A DNA stretch of 32,000 bases from Longivirga aurantiaca. GTDB lineage: Bacteria; Actinomycetota; Actinomycetes; S36-B12; CAIYMF01. Below the pieces are notes generated by a model. The model searched no databases. It was not told where the DNA came from and worked only from the letters and a program-made list of their open reading frames with translations. Positions within the stretch are counted from its first letter, which is position 1, and each line of letters opens with the position of its first letter. The position numbers were made by a program, and so were the translations under genes. Below, one piece after another: positions 25,702-32,000 of the stretch. Location: contig NZ_JBHSTI010000002.1 of assembly GCF_042660085.1 (NCBI RefSeq), forward strand, positions 600,001 through 632,000, in the 5' to 3' direction.

Positions 25702-28700
25702 ATGCGTCGTGTCGCCGCCAGCGTCGCCGTGCTCCTCGCGGTGCCCGCCCTGATCGCCCTCCCGGTGGTCACGGGGCCGCAGGCGCAGATCCGGCCGGTG
25801 ACCCCGACGGTGGCGCACCTCGCGCTGACCGGCGTCGACCCCGTGGCGCTCGCGACCTCCCGCGCTCCCGACCCCGAGCACGACCACGGCCACGACGCGA
25901 TCGACGACGGCGCGGCGCCCGACGCTCCCGCGACCGAGGCAGCGCACGACGAGGCAGCGCACGACGAGGCAGCGCACGACGACGCTGCGCCGGCGAAGGT
26001 CGCCGCAACGCAGGCCCCGCACGCCGAGGAGCCGGAGCCCGGACCCGCCGTGCCGCTCGAGCCCGCCGCCGTCACGCCGCCCACCGACACCGCGCCGTTC
26101 TCGCTCGTGGCCGTGAGCTGGACCGGTGAGGCCCCGGCCGGCACCACGGTGCAGGTCCGCGTCCGCGAGAAGGACGGCGTCTGGACCGACTGGCAGGAGC
26201 TGGGCTCGGGCGCCGAGCACGGGCCCGACCCGGGCACCGCCGAGGCCGAGGCCGCGGGTCTGCGGCACGGCACCGACCCGCTGCTCACCGCCGGCGGGAG
26301 CGACGGCGTGCAGGTGCGCATCGACAGCCCCGGCGGCGTGCTTCCGGCCGACGCCTCGGTGTCGCTCGTCGACCCCAAGACCTCCGAGGCCGACGTCCTC
26401 GCCGCATCGACGCCGCCCGCGACGGCGGTAGCCGCGGGCGACCCGCTCAAGCCCTCGATCATCACGCGCGCCCAGTGGGGTGCGGACGAGTCGCTGCGGG
26501 GCAGCGCGCCGGTCTACACCGGCCCGATCAAGGTGGGCTTCGTCCACCACACGGCGTCGACCAACAACTACACCGCCGACACCGCCGCCGCGCAGGTGCG
26601 CGCCCTGTACGCCTACTTCACGCTGAGCCTCGGCTACAGCGACATCGCGTACAACTTCTTCGTCGACCGCTTCGGCCGGCTCTACGAGGGACGCGCCGGC
26701 GGCATGGACAAGAACGTGCTCGGCGGCCACACCGCGGGCTTCAACCAGAACACCTTCGCGGTCTCGGCACTCGGCAACTTCGACATCTACAAGCCGACCT
26801 CGAACGAGGGCACGGCGATGGCCACGGCGATGGCCCGCCTCCTCGCCTGGAAGCTCGCGCTCAACCACGCCGACCCGAGCGGTACGGCGTCGCTCGTCTC
26901 CAACAGCGGCGCCGGCACGTCGAAGTATGAGCCCGGCCAGACCGCGGTCGTGCCGGTGATCTCCGGGCACCGCGACATCGGCCTCACCGCCTGCCCCGGC
27001 CAGTACCTCGAGTCGTACCTCCCCAGCATCCGCACCCAGGCCAAGGCGTTCATGGGCACGCAGCTGCTCAACCCCGCGCTGGCGCCGTCGGTGTCGCCGT
27101 ACGCCGGGACGGGCGGCTCGATCAGCACGCGCGCCACGGGCGCGGTGTCGTGGAAGCTCGAGGTGTTCTCGCCCTGCCTCGCCACGCCCATCCGCACCGT
27201 CACCGGGAGCCTCGCCTCGGCGGGCACCGTCACGGCCACGTGGAACCAGCGCCGCGCCGACGGCAGCGCCGCACCCCCCGGCACCTACCGGATGGTGCTG
27301 TCGGCGACCGCGGGCGACGGGGTGCCCTACCCCGTGAGCAAGACCTTCGTCGTGACCGAGACGGCCACCTCGCCGCTCGGGCCGTGCACCCAGGTCGCCC
27401 GCGTCGCGGAGTCGGAGCGGTACGCCGCAGCCGTGCGCGTCGGTCGCATCGCCGCGCCGAGCTCGAAGGTCGTCGTCCTCGCCCCGGGCTCGGACGCGTA
27501 CGAGCCCGAGGCGCTCGTCGCGGCACCGCTCGCCGCCGCGAAGAAGGCGCCGCTTCTGCTCACCGGCACCGCGAGCGTGCCGGCCGCCGTCGTCACCGAG
27601 ATCAAGCGCCGCGGCGCCACCACGGCCTACGTCGTCGGCACGAGCACGCAGGTGTCGAGCGCTGTCATCACCCAGCTGAGGTCGCTCGGCGTCACCACGA
27701 TCACCCGCCTGTCGGGCACCACGCGCTCGGCCACCGCCACCGCGGTCGCCGGCGCGATGGGCCAGCGCACCAAGGCCGTGGTCGTGTCGTTCAGCAGCGG
27801 CTCGTCGTCCGACGTCAACGCTGCCGCATCGGCCGCGGCCGCGTCGCTCGACCGCCCGCTGCTCGTCGTGGCCCCGACCAGTGCGCCCGCCGTGACCCTC
27901 GCGGCGATGAAGACCCTCGGCATCACCTCGACCACGGTCGTCGGGTCGAGCACCGCGATCTCCGCCGCCGTCGTCACGGCGGTCAAGGGCACGCGGGTCA
28001 CCGGGTCGGACGCCGCCGCGACCTCGGTGGCTCTGCTCGCCGCGCTGGCGCCGTCGGCCACGAAGGTCTCGGCGCTGCCCACCGGCTCGGGCTACGGTCG
28101 GGCCGTGGCTGCCGGTGCTCGTCGTCCGCTCGTGCTCGGCGCGGGCGGCACCGCGGGCATCGCGCGGTGGCTCACCACCGCGACCGCCGTCCACGTGCTG
28201 GCCGTCGCCCCGACCGCGGTCTGGGCCGACTCGGCGCTGACGCCGATGGTCACCTCGATCACCTCGCGCACCGCGGCGCCGGCGCCCACGCCGACCCCGA
28301 CCACGACGCCCGCCCCGGCGACGGCGGCGGCCACGACCGTGACGCCCTCGGTGCCCACCGGCTTCGTGTTCAACGGCGCGGGCTACGGCCACGGCGTCGG
28401 CATGTCGCAGTACGGCGCCCGCGGCATGGCGCTCGAGGGGAAGACCGCCACCGAGATCGTCACGCACTACTACACCGGCACCACCGTCACGCCGGTGAAG
28501 GACGACGCCGCGATCCGCGTGAACCTCCTGCACCGGGCCACCAAGGCGCTCTTCCGGACCGAGGCGCTCACCACGGGCGGCGGCGGCATCGAGGTCACGC
28601 TGGCCGGCCAGGATCCCGAGCTCGGCACGTCGGCCGACATCTTCAGCGTCGTGCAGGCCGGCTCGTCGGTGACCGTCATCAAGACCCGGGGCACCGCGAC

Positions 28701-30399
28701 CCGCACGCTCGGCACCGCGGCCTCGGTCACCATCCGGTGGGAGGGCACGCGCGACCCCGGTGGCGCCGGCACGACGCCGACCGTGCTCAACGTCGTGCCC
28801 GAGAAGCAGGCGAACTTCGCCTCCGAGGGCCACCGCTACCGCTACGGCACCGTGATCGTCCAGTCGGCGAGCGCCGGCACGTTCCAGGTCAACAACCGGG
28901 TGCGGATCCACGACGAGTACCTGCTCGGCATCGCCGAGGTCTCCAACTCCTGGCCGGCGGCGTCGCTGCAGGCGCAGGTGCTGGCCGCGCGCAGCTACGT
29001 CCTCAGCAAGGCGGGCACGCTGCGCAGCGCCTGCCTCTGCCACGTGGACGACGGCGGCGGCCCCTACTACGACCAGACCTTCGCCGGCTGGATCAAGGAG
29101 TCGGGCGCGCTCGGCCAGAACTGGCGCGACGCCGTCAAGGCCACCTACGCCAACACCACGGTGGCCGGCGAGACGGTGCTGCGAGGCAAGGCGATCCTGT
29201 CCGGCGGGCAGCCGATCACGGCGTTCTACTACGCGGCGTCCGGCGGCCGCACCCAGAGCTCGGCCGACGTGTGGGGAGGCGTCCTCCCGTGGGCGCAGAG
29301 CGTCGACGACCACTGGAGCCTCGACGCGTCCGTGCCGTGGTCGCAGTGGATCCCGCGCGAGCGCACCCAGGCCCAGGTGGCCGCCGCGTTCGGCCTCCCC
29401 GACGTCATGCGCATCGACCTCTCGGCCCGCACCGCCGGCGACGGCGTCAGGACCGCGATCGCCTGGTCGTCATCGGGCGCCTCGGCCACGATCAGCGGCG
29501 AGTCGCTGCGCACGCGCCTGTCGCTGCCCGGCACCTGGGTCAGCCGCGTCGCCGACGTCCGCTCCGGCGACGCTGCCACGATCGCGGTGCGCACCGCGCA
29601 GAAGTCGTCGTCCGAGACCGTCGTCCTCGCGCCGATCGCCGACCCCGCCTCGGTCGCCGTCGCCGGCAACCTGGCCGCGCAGGAGGGCTGGGCGCTCCTG
29701 CTCACCACCTCGGACGCGCTCAGCGCCGTCACGCGCACCGAGCTCGCTCGCCGTACTCCCACCACGGTGTACGCCGTCGGCACGCCGACCGACCTGCCCG
29801 CGGCCCTCGTCTCCGACGTCGGTGCCATGGCCGGCGTCGGCACCGTCACCCGCGTCACCGGCACCAACGCCACCGGCGTCTCGGTCAACGCCGCCAAGCT
29901 GCTGGCCCCGGCCACCGGTGCGGTCGCGGTCGTCGTCGGCGAGACCGACCTCGGGTCGCTCGCCGTCGGGTCCGGCGCCGCGCGCGCCAAGAAGGGCCCG
30001 CTCCTCGTCGTGCCCGGCGGGGCGGCGCCGTCCACCTCGGTGCCGGCGTACCTCGACGCCCTCGCGCCGAAGGCCACGGTGGTCATCGGGTCGACCGACG
30101 CCGTCGCCGACAGCGTGGCCGCCACGCTGCCCCAGGTGAGCCGCCTCGCAGGCGCCGACGCCGTCGAGACCGCGAGCAAGGCCGCCACCTGGGCCGGCTC
30201 GGCCAACGCCCGTCTGGTGGTGCTGGGCAAGGCCCTGGCACCGGTCAGCGCCGTCGCGCTCGCCCCGGGCGCGGTCGTGCTCGTGGTCGACACCAGCGTC
30301 GCGACCTCGACCAAGGTCGTGCTCCAGCGCGGTGTCGCCACGATCGTGGCCGGGCCGAACATGCCCGACGCGCTCGTGACGACGGCGCGGCGTCTCTAG
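25702..30399 (+). CDS. Secreted multidomain peptidoglycan hydrolase: signal peptide, H/D-rich repeat, Amidase_2, Ig-like, 3x CWB2, Pro/Thr linker, SpoIID/LytB, 3x CWB2
   Basis: ATG at 25702 with GGAGG at 25688-25692; signal peptide MRRVAASVAVLLAVPALIALP. The amidase part has IITRAQWGADE, GFVHHTAS, YNFFVDRFGRLYEGR and ISGHRDIGLTACPG, with His codon at 26968-26970 and Cys codon at 26992-26994. The SpoIID part has GAGYGHGVGMSQYGA, DEYLLGIAEVSNSWPAASLQAQVLAARSY (Glu codon at 28936-28938) and AFYYAASGGRT. CWB2-like repeats occur at about 27391-28233 and 29566-30396. Confidence 0.9.
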   Translation: MRRVAASVAVLLAVPALIALPVVTGPQAQIRPVTPTVAHLALTGVDPVALATSRAPDPEHDHGHDAIDDGAAPDAPATEAAHDEAAHDEAAHDDAAPAKVAATQAPHAEEPEPGPAVPLEPAAVTPPTDTAPFSLVAVSWTGEAPAGTTVQVRVREKDGVWTDWQELGSGAEHGPDPGTAEAEAAGLRHGTDPLLTAGGSDGVQVRIDSPGGVLPADASVSLVDPKTSEADVLAASTPPATAVAAGDPLKPSIITRAQWGADESLRGSAPVYTGPIKVGFVHHTASTNNYTADTAAAQVRALYAYFTLSLGYSDIAYNFFVDRFGRLYEGRAGGMDKNVLGGHTAGFNQNTFAVSALGNFDIYKPTSNEGTAMATAMARLLAWKLALNHADPSGTASLVSNSGAGTSKYEPGQTAVVPVISGHRDIGLTACPGQYLESYLPSIRTQAKAFMGTQLLNPALAPSVSPYAGTGGSISTRATGAVSWKLEVFSPCLATPIRTVTGSLASAGTVTATWNQRRADGSAAPPGTYRMVLSATAGDGVPYPVSKTFVVTETATSPLGPCTQVARVAESERYAAAVRVGRIAAPSSKVVVLAPGSDAYEPEALVAAPLAAAKKAPLLLTGTASVPAAVVTEIKRRGATTAYVVGTSTQVSSAVITQLRSLGVTTITRLSGTTRSATATAVAGAMGQRTKAVVVSFSSGSSSDVNAAASAAAASLDRPLLVVAPTSAPAVTLAAMKTLGITSTTVVGSSTAISAAVVTAVKGTRVTGSDAAATSVALLAALAPSATKVSALPTGSGYGRAVAAGARRPLVLGAGGTAGIARWLTTATAVHVLAVAPTAVWADSALTPMVTSITSRTAAPAPTPTPTTTPAPATAAATTVTPSVPTGFVFNGAGYGHGVGMSQYGARGMALEGKTATEIVTHYYTGTTVTPVKDDAAIRVNLLHRATKALFRTEALTTGGGGIEVTLAGQDPELGTSADIFSVVQAGSSVTVIKTRGTATRTLGTAASVTIRWEGTRDPGGAGTTPTVLNVVPEKQANFASEGHRYRYGTVIVQSASAGTFQVNNRVRIHDEYLLGIAEVSNSWPAASLQAQVLAARSYVLSKAGTLRSACLCHVDDGGGPYYDQTFAGWIKESGALGQNWRDAVKATYANTTVAGETVLRGKAILSGGQPITAFYYAASGGRTQSSADVWGGVLPWAQSVDDHWSLDASVPWSQWIPRERTQAQVAAAFGLPDVMRIDLSARTAGDGVRTAIAWSSSGASATISGESLRTRLSLPGTWVSRVADVRSGDAATIAVRTAQKSSSETVVLAPIADPASVAVAGNLAAQEGWALLLTTSDALSAVTRTELARRTPTTVYAVGTPTDLPAALVSDVGAMAGVGTVTRVTGTNATGVSVNAAKLLAPATGAVAVVVGETDLGSLAVGSGAARAKKGPLLVVPGGAAPSTSVPAYLDALAPKATVVIGSTDAVADSVAATLPQVSRLAGADAVETASKAATWAGSANARLVVLGKALAPVSAVALAPGAVVLVVDTSVATSTKVVLQRGVATIVAGPNMPDALVTTARRL
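25936..25980 (+). repeat. Perfect 3 x 15-bp in-frame tandem repeat GAGGCAGCGCACGAC encoding (EAAHD)3
   Basis: Three identical copies at 25936-25950, 25951-65 and 25966-80, read directly from the sequence. They lie inside the N-terminal low-complexity region of the hydrolase gene. Confidence 0.95.
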
Positions 30400-30427
30400 A
30401 TCAGCGGCGTCCCTGGATCAACAGCCT

Positions 30428-31159
30428 CTAGGCGAGCACGGCTCCGCAGCCCTCGCGGTCGGCCACGTCCGACGCGTCGGCGGCAGGGTCCGTCAGCAGC
30501 ACCACCGCGACATCCGCGGCGAGCGGCAGGGCGATCAGGGCGAGCGCGGCTGCCGGGAGCGCTGCGGTGACGAGCACCCGCGAGCCCGGGGCGGCGCCGA
30601 GGTCCGCCGCGAGCGCGAGCGCCTCGGCGAGCGCCTCGGCCTGGGTCAGCGTGCGGTCGCCGTACCTCAGCCACGCGTCGTCGCCCCGCACCGTGCGGTA
30701 CGCCGAGAAGCGGTCGCCGTGGCCGCGCACCTCGATCGCGGCGTCGAGCACGCCCGCGGGCAACGGCTCGCGGAACGGCATGCCGAGCGGGTGCAGCGCG
30801 GTCCCCAGGGTGAGCGGCGCGCGCTCGGTGCCGAGGTCGTCCGGGCCGAGCACCGCCACCTCGACGCCGGGATCCTCGACCGGGCCGCCGATCCAGGCGA
30901 TCCCGCCCACCAGCGCCGCCGCTCCGAGCCAGACGCTGGTCTGCCAGTGCACCGGCAGACGCAGCGACACCGCCGAGCCGGGCTGGAGGTCGGCGTCGTC
31001 GCGCAGCAGGTTGGCCGCCTTGGCGATGTTGTTCTCGTACGTGCGCACCGAGAGCTCGGTGCGGGCGCCGTCGGGGCCGAGATGGGTGACGAGGGGACGG
31101 GCGGGATCGCGCGCGAGCAGCGCGGCAAGGGCGACGGGCACGGTCACGGGCGCGGTCAC
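30428..31159 (-). CDS. Conserved actinobacterial protein, TIGR03089-like (truncated adenylation-domain-like fold)
   Basis: The C-terminal 243 aa of track ORF 30428..31561(-). The N-terminus ELSVRTYENNIAKAANLLRDDADLQPGSAVSLRLPVHWQTSVWLGAAALVGG resembles the start of adenylate-forming enzymes. No SGTTG P-loop is visible. It is divergent from manB. Start at GTG 31159 is tentative. Confidence 0.6.
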   Translation of the reverse strand: MTAPVTVPVALAALLARDPARPLVTHLGPDGARTELSVRTYENNIAKAANLLRDDADLQPGSAVSLRLPVHWQTSVWLGAAALVGGIAWIGGPVEDPGVEVAVLGPDDLGTERAPLTLGTALHPLGMPFREPLPAGVLDAAIEVRGHGDRFSAYRTVRGDDAWLRYGDRTLTQAEALAEALALAADLGAAPGSRVLVTAALPAAALALIALPLAADVAVVLLTDPAADASDVADREGCGAVLA

Positions 31160-31213
31160 GGCATCGAGCCTAGGGCGGCCTGACGGCTGCGCCCGGTGTG
31201 GGAGAGTGGCGAT

Positions 31214-32000
31214 GTGCTCGAAGCCGTCCTCCTCGTCGGGGGCCAGGGGACTCGCCTGCGCCCGCTGACCGTCACCACGCCCAAGCCGATGCTGCCCGTC
31301 GCGGGCGTGCCGTGCACCGAGCACCAGATCGCACGCGCCCGCGAGGCGGGCGTCACGCGCGTGGTGCTGGGCACGTCGTACCGGCCCGAGGTGTTCCTCG
31401 ACTACTTCGGCGACGGCTCGCGCTTCGGCGTCGAGCTCGTCTACGCCACCGAGGACGTGCCGCTGGGCACCGGCGGCGCGATCCGCCACGTGGCGCCGCA
31501 CCTGCTGTCCGGCCCGGACGACCCGGTCCTGGTCTTCAACGGCGACATCCTCTCGGGGCACGACATCGCCGGCCAGGTGCAGGCGTGGCGCGACTCGTCG
31601 TCGGACGTGTCGCTCTACCTCACCCGCGTCGAGGACCCGCGCGCCTACGGCCTCGTGCCGACCGACGCCGACGGACGCGTGACGCAGTTCCTCGAGAAGC
31701 CCTCGACGCCCGAGGAGATCGTCACCGACCAGATCAACGCCGGCTGCTACGTCTTCCGCCGCTCGGTGATCGACAGCATCCCCACCGGTCGCCCGGTGTC
31801 CGTGGAGCGCGAGACGTTCCCCGGCCTGCTGGCACGCGGTGCCGTCGTCACCGGCTTCGTCGACGACGGCTACTGGCTCGACCTCGGCACGCCGCTCGCG
31901 TTCGTGCAGGGCTCGTGCGACCTCGTCCTCGGCCGCGCCCCCAGCCCCGCCCTGCCGGGGCGGACCGGCCAGTTCCTCGTGCGCCCGGGCGCCGAGGTGG
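31214..32000 (+). CDS. manB: Mannose-1-phosphate guanylyltransferase (GDP-mannose pyrophosphorylase), 3' end outside the window
   Basis: Absent from the ORF track because no stop codon lies inside the window. My own translation from GTG 31214 reads VLEAVLLVGGQGTRLRPLTVTTPKPMLPVAGVP...GTSYRPEVF...EDVPLGTGGAI...VFNGDILSG...DQINAGCYVF...VSVERETFP. This is closely co-linear with mycobacterial ManB (Rv3264c) as I recall it. GTG 31196 is an alternative start. Confidence 0.88.
   Translation, partial: MLEAVLLVGGQGTRLRPLTVTTPKPMLPVAGVPCTEHQIARAREAGVTRVVLGTSYRPEVFLDYFGDGSRFGVELVYATEDVPLGTGGAIRHVAPHLLSGPDDPVLVFNGDILSGHDIAGQVQAWRDSSSDVSLYLTRVEDPRAYGLVPTDADGRVTQFLEKPSTPEEIVTDQINAGCYVFRRSVIDSIPTGRPVSVERETFPGLLARGAVVTGFVDDGYWLDLGTPLAFVQGSCDLVLGRAPSPALPGRTGQFLVRPGAEV

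Overview
High-GC actinobacterial chromosomal segment, densely coded on both strands. No rRNA, tRNA, CRISPR array, transposase, integrase or recognisable phage-defence gene was found. All calls come from reading motifs in the supplied ORF translations and the DNA by eye. No database search was run, and start codons are often uncertain because the ORF track also prints GTG starts as M.

The backbone matches, from memory, the conserved block known in Mycobacterium tuberculosis as roughly Rv3264c-Rv3282: maf-accE-accD5, divergent birA, a PH-domain membrane protein, GtrA, purK-purE, a fadE25-like acyl-CoA dehydrogenase, an LCP ligase and manB.

Four modules appear to be added to that backbone:
1. 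A single-strand signalling operon: class III adenylate cyclase, GAF-GGDEF-GAF diguanylate cyclase, OmpR response regulator and histidine kinase. The cyclase stop overlaps the regulator start (ATGA).
2. An aldose epimerase, plus ugd with a CoA-binding protein.
3. A 3.3-kb patch holding a beta-propeller lipoprotein, a GAF-EAL phosphodiesterase, two or three small unknown ORFs and a DUF4031 protein.
4. A cell-envelope cluster: LCP, GT2, a second LCP, a 1,565-aa secreted protein, a TIGR03089-like protein and manB.

The strongest lead is that 1,565-aa protein. It fuses an Amidase_2 domain and a SpoIID/LytB lytic-transglycosylase domain, each followed by three CWB2 cell-wall-binding repeats, and it sits among genes that make and attach wall glycopolymers.

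Smaller observations include several dyad or phased-repeat operator candidates in divergent intergenic regions, TANNNT-N6-GTG arrangements that suggest leaderless mRNAs, a low-GC 18-bp perfect inverted repeat between purE and the CoA-binding gene, a perfect 3 x 15-bp in-frame tandem repeat, and convergent gene pairs whose 3' ends overlap. I did not find a clear-cut novel defence or mobile system; the window looks mostly core with envelope and signalling accessories.
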